Positions 11,470 to 24,413 of a stretch of DNA of 64,000 bases are shown in pieces. Numbering within the stretch: position 1 is the stretch's first letter; every line of letters starts with the position of its first letter. Source of the stretch: Felis catus (Eukaryota); the NCBI RefSeq assembly GCF_018350175.1, contig NC_058368.1, positions 107,324,001 through 107,388,000 on the forward strand, written 5' to 3'. A program made the translations under genes and the position numbers. The notes beneath the pieces were generated by a model. That model was not told the DNA's origin. It made no database searches and saw only the letters and a list, made by a program, of their open reading frames with translations.

Positions 11470-12010
11470 GTGAGTATTTAATGAGGATCTACTAACTGTC
11501 AAGTACCATTCCAGGTACTGGAGATGAAAAGTGCCATACCCACATTCCACTGGAGGAAACAAAAAACAAACAAAACAGGCAAATATGTCAGAGTATATTA
11601 TGTGTTATGAAGAAAAGTAAAGTGGGCTAAGGAAGACAGGACCAGAGTGACCAGAGGTTGCTGTCTTGTACATGGAGGTTGCGAAGGCCTCTCTAGTAAG
11701 GTGACAGTTGAGCAGAGATTTGAATTAAGTAAGGATAGACTTATATCTAAGAGTTTCCTTAGCAAAGAGAATAGTAAGTGCAAAGTCTTAAGATGGGACT
11801 GTACTTGAGTTTAGAGGAAGAGCAAAGAAGCACATGTGGTTATAAAACAGCAGTGGGGATGGAAGTGGTAAGTGATGGTAACTTAGAGGTTATATAAGGC
11901 ATTATAAGGTATAATGACTTTGGCTTTAACTTAAAAATGGAAAGCCTTAGGACACTGTAAATAGAGAAGTGCTGTGATCTTACTTAGATTGTAAAAGATT
12001 TTAGGGGAGC
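11470..12010. mobile_element. L2 LINE fragment
   Basis: 'gaaggcctctctagtaaggtgacagttgagcagagatttgaa...' typical of L2. Confidence 0.7.
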
Positions 12011-12089
12011 TCAAATAAAGGGAGAAAGGTGGACAGATACTCCAAATTTGCTTAAACACTGTCATAGTGAATGGAAACATGTACAATGG

Positions 12090-15000
12090 AATTTAATTGT
12101 TGCAAGTGGCAAGACGCCATTCTTTTACATGGCTGAGTAATATTCCATTGTGTGTGTGTGTGTGTGTGTGTGCGCGCACGCACGCGCATGCACGCTCGTA
12201 TATATGCACACTTACCACAACTTTTTACCCATTTGTCAGTCGATGGACATTTGGGCTCTTTCCATAATTTGGCTATTGTTGATAATGCTGCTGTAAATAC
12301 TGGGGTGCATGTTATCTCTTTGAATGAGTATTTTTATGTCCTTTGGGTAAATACCTAGTAGTGCAGTTGCTGGATTGTAGGGTAATTTTATTTTTAACTT
12401 TTTGAGGAACCTCCATACTGTTCTCCAGAGTGGCTATACCAGTTTGCATCCCCCCCAACAGCTCAAGAGTGTCCTCGCCAACACCTGTTGTTTTCCTGTG
12501 TGTTGTTAATTTTAGCCATTCTGACAGGTGCGAGGTGATATCTCTTTGTAATTTGATTTGTATAACTTTGATGATGAGTGATATTGAACATCTTTTCATG
12601 TATCTATTAGCCATCTGGATGTCTTCTTTGGAAAAATGTCTACCTATGTCTTCTGCCCATTTTTTACTAGCTCACTTGTTTTTGGAAGTTCAGTTTTATA
12701 AGTTCTTTACAGATTCTGGATATTAACCCTGTATCAGGTCATTTGCACATATCTTTTCCCATTCTAATGGTTGCTTTCTAGTTTTGTTCATTGTTTCCTT
12801 TGCTGTGCAGAAGCTTTTTATCTTGATGAAGTCCTAAGAGTTTATTTTTGCTTTTGTTTCCCTTGCCTCCAGTGATGAGTCTGGTAAGAAATTGCTATGG
12901 TGAATGTCAAAGATGTTACTGCCTTGTTCTCCTCTAGGATTTCGATGGTTTCCTGTCTTAGATTTAGGTCTCTCATGCATTTTGAATTTATTTTTGTGTA
13001 TGGTGTAATAAAGTTGTCCACTTTTATTTCTTTTGTATGTTGTAGTCAAGTTTTCCCAACACCATTTATTGAAAAGATTGTCTTTTTTCCATTGGATATT
13101 CTTTCCTGCTTTGTCAAAGATTAGTTGACCGTATAGTTGTGGGTTCATCTCTGGATTTTCTATTCTGTTCCAAAGATCTTATGTGTCTCTTTTTGTTCCA
13201 GTACCAGACTGTCTTGATCAGTAAAACTTTGTAATATAATTTGAAGTCCAAAATTATGATGCCTCCAGCTTTGCTCTTCTTTTTCAATATGGGTTTAGCT
13301 ATCCAGGGTCTTTTGTGGTTCCATGAAAATTTTAGGATTGTTTGTTCTAGTTCTGTGAAAGATGCTGGTGATATTTTGATAGAGATTGCATTAAATGTGT
13401 AGTCTGCTTTGGGTAGTATGGACATTTTAATAATATTTGTTCTTCCAATTCATGAGTATTGAATGCTTTTTCATTTGTGTCCTCTTCACTTTCTTTCATC
13501 AGTGTTGTATAGTTTTCAGAGTACAGCTCTTTTACCTCTTTGCTTAAGTTTATTCCTAGGTATTTTAAGGTTTTTGGTGCTATTGTAAATGAGATTGAAT
13601 CTTCCATTTCTCTTTCTGTTGCTTCATTATTGGTGTATAGAAATGCAGCAGATTTCTGTACTTTGATTTTGTGTCCTCTGACTTCATTGAATTTGTATAT
13701 CAGTTCCAGAAAATTTGGGGAGGAGTCTTTTGGGTTTCCTATATAGAGTATCATGTTGTCTGCAAATAGTGAAAGTTTTTCTTCTTGTTTGCCAATTTGA
13801 CTGCCTTTTATATTTTTTTGCTGTCTGATTGCTGGGGCTAGGACTTCCAGGACTACATTAAATAACAGTTTTGAGAGTGGGCATTCCTCTGTTGTTCCTG
13901 ACCTTAAAGGACAAGCTCTCATTTGTTCCTCATTGAGGATGATATCAGCTGTGGGATTTTGTTACATGGCCTTTATGATGTTGAGATATGTTCCCTCTAA
14001 ACCTGCCTTGTTGAGGTTTTTATCCTGAATGGATGTTGTACTTTGCCATATGCTTTTTCTGCATCTATTGAAAGGTCCATATGGTTCTTATCCTTTCTTT
14101 TATTAATGTGGTGTATCACATTGGTTGATTTGTGAATATTGAACCATCCTTGCAGCTCAGGGAAAAAAATCCCATTTGATTGTGGTGAATTATTATTTTA
14201 ATGTACTGTTGGATTCAGTTGGCTAGTATTTTATTGAAAAGTTTTGCATCCATTTTCATCAGGGATATTGTCCTGTAGTTCTCTTTTTTAGTGGAATCTT
14301 TATCTGGTTTTGGAATCAGGGTAATGCTGGCCTAATGGGATGTGATTGGAAGTTTTCCTTCTTTTTCTATTTTTCAGAATAGAAGAATAGGTATTAACTC
14401 TCCTTTTTTTTAAATGTTTATTTTGAAGGAGGGAGAAAGCGTGTGCCCATGAATTGGGGAGGGGCAGAAAGAGAAAGAAACTCAAGCAGGCTCTAAGCTA
14501 TCAGCGCAGAGCCCTCTGTGGAACTTGATCCCACGACCCTGAGATCATGACCTGAGATGAAATCAAGAATCAGACACTTACCTGACTGAACCACCCACAT
14601 GCCCCCGTATTAACTCTTTAAATGTTTGATAGAATTCTCCTATGAAGCCATCTTGCCCTGGATTTTGTTTGTTGGGAGATTTTAAATTACTGATTCCATT
14701 TCTTTGCTGGTTATTGATATGTGTAGTTTTATGTTTCTTCTTGTTTCAGTTCTGGTAGTTGATATGTTTCTAGGAATTCATCCATTTCTTACAGATTATC
14801 AATTTGTTGTATAATTTTTCATAATATTCTCTTATAATTGTATTTTTATGGTGTTGGTTGTTATTTCTCCTCTGTCATTTGTGATTTTATTTATTTCGGT
14901 CCTTTCTCTTTTCTTTTTGGTAAGTGTGGCTAGAGATTTAGTAATTATATTAATTTTGTCAAAGAACCAGATCCTGGTTTCATTGATCTGTCCTATTGTT

Positions 15001-15850
15001 TTTGTTGTTGTTGTTGTTTGTTTCCATATTACTTCTTTCTGCTCTAATCTTTATTATTTTTCTTCTTCTTCTGGCTTTAGACTTCATTTTTTGTTCTTTT
15101 TCTGGCTCCCTTAAATGTAAGATAAGGCTGTTTGAGATTTTTCTTGCTTCTTAAGTTAGGCCTGTGTTGCTAAATACTTCCCTCTTATGACTGCTTTTGC
15201 TACATCCTAAAGGTTTTGGACTGTCCTGTTTTCATTTGTTTCCATGTATTTTTTTTATTTTTTCTTTAATTTTCTGATTAATCCATTCATCCTTGAGTAA
15301 CCTGTTCTTTAACCTCCATGTGTTTGTGGTCTTTCCAAATTTTTTCTTATAGTTGACTAAATAGTATTGTGGTCAGAAAATAGGCATGGTATAATATCGT
15401 TCTTTTTGTACTTGACTGAAACCTGATTTGTGACCTGGTATGTGATCTATTCTGAAGAATGTCCCACATGCACTAGAAAAAAATGTGTATTCTGCTTTAG
15501 GATGAAATGTTCTGAATGTATTTGTTAAGTCCATCTGGTACAGTGTATCATTCAAAGCCACTGTTTCCTTGTTGGTTTTTTTGCTCAGATGGTCTGTCGA
15601 TTGCTATAGGTGGGGTGTTAAAGTCCTCCACTATTATTGTATGATTACCAATGAGTTGCTTTATGTTTGTTATTAATTATTTTATATATTTTGGTGTTTC
15701 AAGTTGGATGCATAAATATTTACAATTGTTAGATTTTGTTGGATAGTCTCCTTTATTATGATATATTGCTCTTCTTCCTCTCTTATTATAGTTTTTGTTT
15801 TAAAATCTAGTTTATCTGATATAAATTTGGCTACTCTAGCTTTCTTTTGA
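12090..15850 (-). mobile_element. Carnivore LINE-1, 5'-truncated, most of ORF2 (EN-RT-C-terminal), disrupted
   Basis: ORF fragments LSLFADNMILY (RT), [36 protein letters not shown] (EN); frameshifts. Confidence 0.95.
14404..14606 (-). mobile_element. Can-SINE nested in L1
   Basis: SINE text with gtattaactc TSD. Confidence 0.9.
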
Positions 15851-16024
15851 TGGAGGACTACTGTTTTTCATATTAAAGCTTTCGTTACCATTTTCCCTTC
15901 AAATTGTGCATGAATATCTTTTAGAGAAATAAAAGGTAAATTTACATTTTTAAAAAGAGGCCCTAATCTTAAAGCTCCCTAGCTCTTAGCTTGTTGGTTA
16001 TTGCCTGGTAACAGCTCCTTGATG

Positions 16025-16059
16025 AATCAATCTCCTTTCCTTCTTCCTTCCTCCTTCCC

Positions 16060-16119
<60 letters not shown>
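16025..16119 (+). repeat. (TTCC)n(TTTC)n microsatellite at L1 tail
   Basis: Seen directly. Confidence 0.92.
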
Positions 16120-17040
16120 GTATAGTTAACAGTCTTATATTCATTTCAGGTGTACGTTACAGTGACTCAACAATTCTCTATGTTACTCAGTAGTCTTCAT
16201 GATAAGTGTACTTTTAATGCCCTTCACCTGTTTCTCCCATCCTCCCACTCACCTCCCCTCTGCTGACCAACAGCTTATTCTCTATAGTTAAAATTCTGGG
16301 TTTTTTGTTTTTGTTTTTGTTTTTTGGTTTGTTTCTTTTTTGTTTGTTTCTTAAATTCCACATATGAGTGAATTCATATGATAATTGTCTTTCTCTGACT
16401 GATTTATTTCACTTAGCATTATACCTCTAGAACTTTCCATACTGTTGCAAATGGCAAGATTTCATTCTTTCTCCTGGCTGGGTAATATTCCACTGTATAT
16501 ACTACATCTTCTTTATCCATTTGTCTCAGTGGACACTTGAATTAGTTCTGTATTTTGACTATTATAAATAATGTTGCAGTGGCCATAAGGTTGCATATAT
16601 TCCTTCTAATTAGTGTTTTTGTAGTCTTTGAGTGAATACCTAGTAGTAGAATTACTGTAATTATATGATAATTTTTATTTTTAATGTCTTGAGCAACCTC
16701 CATACTGTTTTCCACAGTGGGTACATCAGTTTTCATTCCCACCAAAAGTGCATGAGGGTTTCTTTTTCTCCACATCCTCTCCAACACTTGTTGTTCCTTG
16801 TGTTTTTGATTTTAGCCATTCTAACAGGTGTGAGGTGGTATTTTCATTGTGGTTTTGATTTGCATTTCCCTGATGCTGGGTGTTATTGAGCATCTTTTCA
16901 TGTGTCTGTTGGCAGTTTGTATGTCTTCTATAGTGAAATATCTGTTCATGTCTTCTACCCATTTTTAAATTAGTTTATTTGGTTTTTTGGTGTTGAGTTT
17001 TGTAAGTTCTTGATATATTTTGGATACTGACCTTTTCTTT
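16120..17040 (-). mobile_element. Second carnivore LINE-1 3' end
   Basis: L1 ORF2 C-terminus and 3'UTR ([24 protein letters not shown]). Confidence 0.9.
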
Positions 17041-17084
17041 GATACTCTCTGATGAATTTGAATATTCACTCATTAACATTTAGA

Positions 17085-17400
17085 CCAGTGGTTTTCTACT
17101 TGTAGCTTGAAGTTTATACCTGGTCCACAGATGGGTGTTTTATGTTTTGCACAGTGTTGGCCCAAAGAGGGCTTTTCAAGTGTAAATTGGTTCCATCATC
17201 TAAAGTTGGGTGATTCATACACACAAAATTTCCGGTTTCCATTGAAAAATCAGATTCTGGCAACACTTGGGTCACCTTCCAATGTGACACAAAGTAGCTG
17301 GTGCTGAATAGCAACAGCCCATTTCACTTGGGTCTTGCCCTCTCTAGTTCTCTCCAGTCTCTACCACTTCCTGTTTTTTCTTTGACAATGAAACAAAGTG
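17085..17400. mobile_element. hAT-Charlie MITE (MER102-like)
   Basis: 'cagtggttttc' start; 'ttgaaaaatcagattctggcaacact'. Confidence 0.5.
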
Positions 17401-17868
17401 TCAGTTGCCATTTATTACTGTGCTGTGCTCTTGCTTTCTTACAGTGGAGTCAGGAGAAATATTTCTCTCTCAAAATTGGGAAATAAAAATGAGAGAGCAA
17501 TATATTTTTAAAGAAAAATGGGAATCACGTGTTTTTTTACTAGGAATGGAAGAGAATGCTACTTGTTTGTATGCAAACCAAATGTGTCTGTGTTAGAAAA
17601 ATACAAAGACATTATTATGAATCATGATTACTTGGTCAGAATTACAAGTTTTGAAAGTTAAAAAAATACTTAGTGACCATAGTTTTAACAAGTTTCACTT
17701 TTTTTCAGTATGTGAAAAAAATAACTAGTACTATGTGGAATGCAGTTATGTCTTAAGCAAAAATATTATCTAGGTTTTTAAAACCTCTGGCAGATGAGAG
17801 AAACTATTAATGCAGCAAAAATAGTGAACCTAAAAACCACAAATGATGTTTTCTAAATTAATTCTTAC

Positions 17869-18164
17869 CAGAAATGCTACTCATCAGCGTGTTGAAGATT
17901 TAGCTGATAATTTCCAGAACAATTGCATGAAAAGAGTTAAATTATTCCTTGGCAGGTGTTGAGAATACAGATGTAAATAATTCCAAGTAGATAACATTTT
18001 GATAGGAGTCTTGCATTTGACATGATGCCCATGACAAGCTCTGCATAAAGAACATTATATTATTGTTTTAAAAAGCATCTTATAAATTTTAACATCAACT
18101 GGTCAAAATTGTTAACACTGTCTACACATAGTACAGCTGAGGAATCGTCCTTCTGACACTGGAT
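17869..18164 (-). pseudogene. Candidate relic exon (~296 nt)
   Basis: Very strong acceptor ctccttttatttttctctaacag|ATC and donor CTG|gtaaga; stops in all frames. Confidence 0.55.
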
Positions 18165-18266
18165 CTGTTAGAGAAAAATAAAAGGAGACAACATATTGTG
18201 ATATTGCACGAACATAAGTTCATTGTATCATTCAACGGGATGGAATTGTATTCAGAAGTTCAAAGT

Positions 18267-18365
18267 GGGGTGCCTGGTGGGCTTACTCATTAGAGCGTGC
18301 GACTCTTGATCTCAGGGTCATGAGTTCAAACCCTACGTTGGGCATAGAGCTTACTTAAAAAAAAT
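18267..18365 (+). mobile_element. Short Can-SINE
   Basis: ggggtgcctgg..., B-box-like gagttcaaaccc, A tail. Confidence 0.85.
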
Positions 18366-18456
18366 TCAAAATGAAATCCTTCATGTATTATATAAGATTA
18401 TATCAGTGCAAGGAATAAGAGGTTCCAACTCATAATTGGCTTAAAATACGAAAATT

Positions 18457-18662
18457 GGGGCACCTGCATGGCTCAGTCAGTTAAGTTTTGACTCTTGGTA
18501 TGGGCTCAGGTCATGAGCTCATGTTTTATGAGTTTGAGCCCCATTTTGGGCTCACTACTGACAGCACTGAGCCTGCTTGGAATTCTCTCTCTCCCTCTTT
18601 CTCTGCCCCTCCCCTGCTCATGCTCTTTCTCTCTCTTAAAAATAAATAATCATTAAAAAAAG
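18457..18662 (+). mobile_element. Can-SINE
   Basis: tRNA head, CT tract, aataaa tail. Confidence 0.9.
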
Positions 18663-18774
18663 GAAAATTAATAATTTCACAAGCAGAACTTGCAGAGAAA
18701 GGGAGGGTTTTAGGATTGATGGATTCAACACTTCATTGTGTCATTAAAGACCATATACATCCTCAGTGTCAAAA

Positions 18775-19012
18775 TTTAAAAAATGTTTATTTAGAAAGTG
18801 TGTGTGTGCATGCGAGCAAGCATGGGGGAGGGATAGAGGGGAAGGGACAGAAAGAGAGAGGGAAAGAGAGGAAGAGAGGGAGCGAAGGCCAAGCAGGCTT
18901 TACATTATCAGCACAGAGTCTGTTATGGGCTCCATCTCACCAACTGTGAGATCATAACCTGGGCTGATATCAAGAGTTGGAAGCTTAGCCGACTGAGCCG
19001 CCCATGTGCTGC
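18775..19012 (-). mobile_element. Can-SINE
   Basis: Reverse SINE text. Confidence 0.85.
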
Positions 19013-19520
19013 TCCTCCTCAATGTAAATTTTATATTCAGGCTTTAGCAAGATGTCTGATGAGGTGTGGAACACATTTATTTAAAATGTTAATATCCAGA
19101 TGGAGGAAAAACAATCACTGGAAAGAGGAATTTTATGTACACCAGTAAAGCCTGTCCTGGAAGCCTCAGTTGGGTCACTTTCCCCTGAGATGCATGAACA
19201 CTTAGATTTTCTAGGAAAAAATCAGGGTTCTATTGGGATGGAAGAAAATGGATGTATATGCTAGATGAGAATAGACCCTGTTATCTTAGATGTGTTTTCC
19301 TGGCTTGAACTGGAGACAGTTCAGTCTTGACTGATGAACTGCAGTCACAGTAGGGTGGTTGGCTCTATTCATCTGAGGTTAGGTAGTTTTCTTAAGAAGT
19401 GGTACTGAATCCTTCTATGGAAATTTTAAAACATTTAAAATCAGCTAACCAATGAAGACTGGATCAGAGCCTTTTGTATGAATATTTTAACTTCTTGAAA
19501 TCCTTTGTTTCTTAGCAAGT

Positions 19521-19741
19521 TCTTTAAATTTTTTTTTTCAACGTTTATTTATTTTTGGGACAGAGAGAGACAGAGCATGAACGGGGGAGGGGCAGAGAGA
19601 GAGGGAGACACAGAATCGGAAACAGGCTCCAGGCTCTGAGCCATCAGCCCAGAGCCTGACGCGGGGCTCGAACTCCCAGACCGCGAGATCGTGACCTGGC
19701 TGAAGTCGGACGCTTAACCGACTGCACCACCCAGGCGCCCC
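19521..19741 (-). mobile_element. Young felid Can-SINE
   Basis: Consensus-like; flanks caa(g)ttctttaaa. Confidence 0.96.
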
Positions 19742-19793
19742 AATTCTTTAAAAGAATTTATACCGTTGTATAACAGTATAATGATTTGCTTAC

Positions 19794-19907
19794 TTGTTGT
19801 GAAATTATGATTGTGGGAAATCCTGTCAATCAAAAATCAATTATTTGCGAGACACAAACTGGTTTGCCTCCATCAGCCCAAGTTGGTTTCAAAATGTAAG
19901 TAATGGC
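19794..19907 (-). pseudogene. Candidate relic exon (114 nt)
   Basis: gcaactcag|GCC...CAA|gtaagc; AITYILKPTWADGGKPVCVSQIIDF*LTGFPTIIISQQ. Confidence 0.4.
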
Positions 19908-20021
19908 CTGAGTTGCATTCCAAAAATTTGGGGGTTGGAGATCAATTTTCAAAAAAAATTATCTTTCATTACAAACTTTATGAAAATAAACTATAATTTT
20001 CCAGTTCACTTTCTCTCATAC

Positions 20022-20157
20022 ATTTGAAAGTGTGACTGCAAAATTACTAAGGGATGTTACTGAATTATAGGACTACATAGTACTAAAATGAAATGGGATA
20101 ATATTAGAAACCAGAATTCTATAAATATCTTAGTAGTCGTATCTACTAATACAAAGC
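20022..20157 (-). pseudogene. Candidate relic exon
   Basis: tattttgtagcag|GCT...AAT|gtatga; 114-nt intron to the next candidate. Confidence 0.35.
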
Positions 20158-20796
20158 CTGCTACAAAATATTATTCATGCTTGTAAGTACCTATTTTTGT
20201 GTACCACTCTTTCAAGGAATAAACTATTTAAAAATAAATACTGTACCAAGTTAAAGGATCAAAAACTGAAATAATTCCTGATTTTTATAGTTTGGTGCCA
20301 TAGAAATATGTCAGATTTCAGATTACAAGTCAAAACAGTAACATGTCAGAAGAGAAGAATTTAAAAACTAAATATTGCTACAATTTAAATTAATGTCCAG
20401 TATTACTTTCTTTTTCTTTTCTGTTGTCTTTCTTTTTCTTCTTCTTCTTTTTTTTTTTTTTGTAGAGTATTACTTTCATTTTGTTTTGCCAAATGTTTAC
20501 TCCGAGATTATATTGCCGGTAGTTGGATTTTTTTTTTTTTTAACACATGCTCTGCTTTTTGCATTTGAATTACCTGCCTGTAGTTATTTAATTTGGAATC
20601 TGTTTTAGGTCCGAAGGTGTTAATTTACTTTAAAACTCAATGAAAATTGTATGAAGGACTGGGAAATGATTCTGCCTGGACCCCATGAGGACGGCTTTCT
20701 TAATTCCAGATCTGCATTTAGGTTATTTCTTTAGTGATTTACGGTTAAACACTCTCTGGTGGAGCTACCAGCATTTAGTGCTGGACCCCACCAGAT

Positions 20797-21200
20797 GTGA
20801 TGGTTAATTTCATGTGTCAGTTTTCTGTGTCTCTGTGGATGTTTCTGGATAAAATTAACATTGGAGTTGATAGACTGAGTAAAGCAGTTTGCCTTCTCTA
20901 ATGTGGAATGCTTTATCCAATCCTTTGAAGGCCTGCAGAGAGAAAGGTGGAGTTAGGAGGGAATTTTCTCACTGCCTCACTGCCTGAGCAGGGCTGTTGG
21001 TGTTTTCTGGCCTTCAGACATGAACTGAGACATCAACTCTTTCTGGGTCTTGAGCCTACAGTCTTTCAGACTGGAACTATACCTTTGGGTCTCCTGGGTC
21101 TCCAGTTTGCCAAATATGGATCTTACAACTTCTCACCCTCCATAATTGCATGAGCCATTTCCTTCCAATAAATCTTATTTCTCATATATTTATACATATA
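20797..21200 (+). mobile_element. MLT2-type ERVL LTR
   Basis: 'tgtgatggttaatttcatgtgtc...gactgagtaaagcag...tccataattgcatgagcc...aataaatc'. Confidence 0.85.
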
Positions 21201-21314
21201 GGTATATTGTTTCCATATATAAAGAGATATTATACAGATAGCTATATATATATTTCAGCTATTTTATTTATAAAATATTTGTATATAAATTTTACATTTA
21301 AAAAATTTTAAATT

Positions 21315-21540
21315 GGGGCGCCTGGGTGGCGCAGTCGGTTAAGCATCCGACTTCAGCCAGGTCACGATCTCGCAGTCCGTGAGTTCGAGCCCCGCGTCGG
21401 GCTCTAGGCTGATGGCTCAGAGCCTGGAGCCTGTTTCCGATTCTGTGTCTCCCTCTCTCTCTGCCCCTCGCCCGTTCATGCTCTGTCTCTCTCTGTCCCA
21501 AAAATAAATAAACATTGAAAAAAAAATTAAAAAAAAATTT
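21315..21540 (+). mobile_element. Young felid Can-SINE
   Basis: ggggcgcctgggtggcgcagtcggttaag...; TSD aaaaattttaaatt. Confidence 0.96.
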
Positions 21541-21669
21541 TAAATTATGTATATGTGTATATATACGTATATGTATGGAAAAAATAAACTAGAAAACAGT
21601 TTTTCATATCCTCTTGGTTTCAGCAAAAGTTAAATTAGGCAATTTATTGCGTTCATGCTTCTCTTGATT

Positions 21670-21820
21670 GTAGCTGGACCCAACATTTGTGTATAGTCTG
21701 TTTTGGGGACCTTGTTGAAATGAACTTCTAGTATTGTAGATATGGAATAAAGCCTTAATTTCTCCATTTCTAGCAAGCTTTCAGCTGATACCTGCACTGC
21801 TGATCTCAGGACCATTGTTT
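21670..21820. mobile_element. MER5A-like hAT MITE
   Basis: 'gaccttgttgaaatg...tttctagcaagctttcagctgat...gaccattgtttgaata'. Confidence 0.5.
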
Positions 21821-21868
21821 GAATAATAAAGTGTTTAAAAATTGTAGTTTCACAAACATTGAACTTAC

Positions 21869-21999
21869 CCTTAAACTTTAACAATATATGAAGTCTCACT
21901 TTCTGTGGTTTTTGTAGATTTGTGTCTTGGCATTGCAACACAAAAGTTAGCTTAAATGAGACCATATTTTCAGAATCTTCTATTGCCATCTAATGATAT
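21869..21999 (-). pseudogene. Candidate relic exon (131 nt)
   Basis: tgtttttctaag|ATA...AGG|gtaagt; YH*MAIEDSENMVSFKLTFVLQCQDTNLQKPQKVRLHILLKFK. Confidence 0.55.
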
Positions 22000-22020
22000 C
22001 TTAGAAAAACAATGAGGTCT

Positions 22021-22230
22021 GGGGTGCCTGGTTGGCTCAGTTAGTTTAGTGTCCGACTCTTGATTTCAGCCCAGGTCTTGATCACAGGGTTGTAGGATCA
22101 CCCCTGAATTGGGCTTTGCGCTAAGCATGGAACCTCCTTGAGTTTCTCTCTCTCACCCTCTGCCCCTCTCCCCCACTTTTGCTCTCTCTCTCTCTCTCTC
22201 TAAAATAAAAAAAAAATTAAAAGAAAAAAG
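22021..22230 (+). mobile_element. Can-SINE
   Basis: tRNA head, CT tract, A tail. Confidence 0.9.
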
Positions 22231-22299
22231 AAAACTTTTATTTGGAACTGCTAACTAAAAATAAAAATCTGCAAACCACAAACAATTGGTTGTATAAAC

Positions 22300-22450
22300 T
22301 TGAGATGATTTCATTTCTTCATGGCATTCCCAAATTCATAGAAGCAAGGAAATTCTTAGACCAAGCCTGACTTAGAGAAGAAATCTTTACAAGAATTTTT
22401 TTTTCACTGTAGAATAGTTCTTTAATTCTCCTTTCACGTGTTACTTTACC
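22300..22450 (-). pseudogene. Candidate relic exon (donor not identified)
   Basis: tgttgtttgacag|GGT; GKVTRERRIKELFYSEK, then a shift in an A9 run to CKDFFSKSGLV*EFPCFYEFGNAMKK. Confidence 0.45.
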
Positions 22451-22586
22451 CTGTCAAACAACATTATATGCATATGAGGGAATGAAAATTTTAGAAGGTA
22501 GAAAAAACTTTATCAGAAGGTATTCCTATTTGTACTTTATTTTGGGAACTCTCACTCTTAACTAATGTCTAGTATTCTTACTGAAT

Positions 22587-23023
22587 TGATGTGGGAAACA
22601 AAGGCAAATGAAAAATTAAATTTCCTTACTATCTACAGCCTATTTGATGAGTCCTTGAAACAGGCAGAGTGACATTCCTCTAGGGACTCAGCTGCCTTGA
22701 TGGTGACCCCTTGCTAAGGGCAAAAGCCCAACCCCCAGCATCCTGTAAGTCTACCCTAATATGTAAAAATTCCTTTGGAAACTTGGTTTATATACCCCCC
22801 CACCCACCAATATAGAGATTGGTAATCATACTCCAAGCTTCTGGTCCACTGATAATATCTGAAGGGTCTCATGACTGAGTTTTTACTCATTACTACCTCA
22901 GTAAAGCTCTATCTACCCATGGGTCCTGTACCTGTGCTTTAATCACCTTATTGCACCAAAGATATCTCAAGAATTCTTTCCTGGCTATCAGCTCTGGACC
23001 CCCATCACTCTAAAACTGCATCA
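22587..23023 (+). mobile_element. Solo LTR, ERV1-class
   Basis: TG...CA ends, 4-bp TSD GAAT (22583-86 and 23024-27); related to the LTR at 58303-58728. Confidence 0.85.
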
Positions 23024-23199
23024 GAATGATCACAGTACTTTATAATTTTAATTATCTTCCCATAAATTCTGAAGAATTCTGGCTTGTCTTGGTGCCCTGA
23101 ATCAAACCTTGAAAATCTATTTTAATATTGTGCCTTAGCATAATTAATATTTAATTTAATAATGGTCTTTCTTGAAATTTCAGAATATGAGAAAGATTT

Positions 23200-23393
23200 T
23201 AATTTACTTTATTTATTTATTTTGATGAAGTGAGTGAGCAGGGGAGGTGCAGAGAGAGACAGAAAGAGAGAATCCCAAGCTCTGCAGACAGTGCAGAGCC
23301 CAACATGAGACTTGAACCAGTGAACCGTGAGATCATGACCTGAGCTAAAACCAAGAGTCCGATGCTTAACTGATTTCAGCCATCCAGGTACCC
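23200..23393 (-). mobile_element. Can-SINE
   Basis: TSD gaaagattttaattt. Confidence 0.9.
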
Positions 23394-23544
23394 TTGAAAG
23401 ATTTTAATTTCTAAGGAAAGAAATTTGAGATAACAGACACATTTATATAAAGACAATATATTTTTCCTGTAACTACCTATATACATACAATCCCAATTGT
23501 ATGTGTAATTTTAATTTTATGTATAATCTTTGTTACAAAGATGC

Positions 23545-23771
23545 AGTACTACTGCCTTTGCCTGAGTCTTCGGGAAAACAGAGCAGAGACAGTAATCATG
23601 TTGGCAGTACTTTGGGTATAGAAGCCCAAGGCATGCAAGGTGAGAGAAAATGGAAATGAAACAAGGTATAACATGATACATAGAGCATGTGATGAGGCCT
23701 ACTTGTTTACTTGGCCAAGTGCAGGGTTTCTCAGGAAGAAATACACAAAGAATTGAATTTGAAGTAACCTG

Positions 23772-23827
<56 letters not shown>

Positions 23828-24070
23828 TTATCTGACTAGCAACTTCTATCTCATTTATTATTTTTCAGTATTTATCCCAAGAGGGTTGAGGATTCTGAAC
23901 TGCATCATCTGGACTTAGAGTGGTGACTCAAATAGTGATGTCCCATACCCTGCAGTGTGTTATTTAATCCAAATCTGAAAATAGCAGATTTTCAGTGGGC
24001 CACTGACCAAAGGAGGAGAGACAAAGGCAGTTGTAGGAATCGTAAAAACTTGATGTTAGAATATACTGGC
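23545..24070. mobile_element. Old ERVL-type LTR (LTR16-like) containing (GA)n at 23775-23823
   Basis: Weak by-eye match; the microsatellite is seen directly. Confidence 0.4.
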
Positions 24071-24144
24071 ATAAAACTTACTGTTTTGCACAGTACTGTG
24101 TGTAGCAATTTAGTAACTTAGCTAGAGTTTTATTAAAACCAGAC

Positions 24145-24369
24145 TTTTTTTTAAAAATTTTTTTTTCAACGTTTATTTATTTTTGGGACAGAGAGAGACA
24201 GAGCATGAACGGGGGAGGGGCAGAGAGAGAGGGAGACACAGAATCGGAAACAGGCTCCAGGCTCTGAGCCATCAGCCCAGAGCCTGATGCGGGGCTCGAA
24301 CTCACGGACCGCGAGATCGTGACCTGCCTGAAGTCGGACACTTAACTGACTGCGCCACCCAGGCTCCCT
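24145..24369 (-). mobile_element. Young felid Can-SINE
   Basis: Consensus-like; TSD taaaaccagact. Confidence 0.96.
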
Positions 24370-24413
24370 AAAACCAGACTCTTAAGTGATAACTCCTAGC
24401 ATCATTTGCTTAC

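Noticed and set aside
12312..16962. Longest ORFs (up to 191 aa) as host genes
   Set aside because: They are LINE-1 ORF2 fragments or their antisense frames, and are frameshifted
17960..18050. Plus-strand CR1 RT-like 'AFDMMP/HDKL'
   Set aside because: Short, needs a frameshift, and is better explained as lying inside a minus-strand candidate exon
21315..21400. tRNA-like A/B-box sequences as tRNA genes
   Set aside because: They are heads of tRNA-derived SINEs followed by CT tracts and A tails
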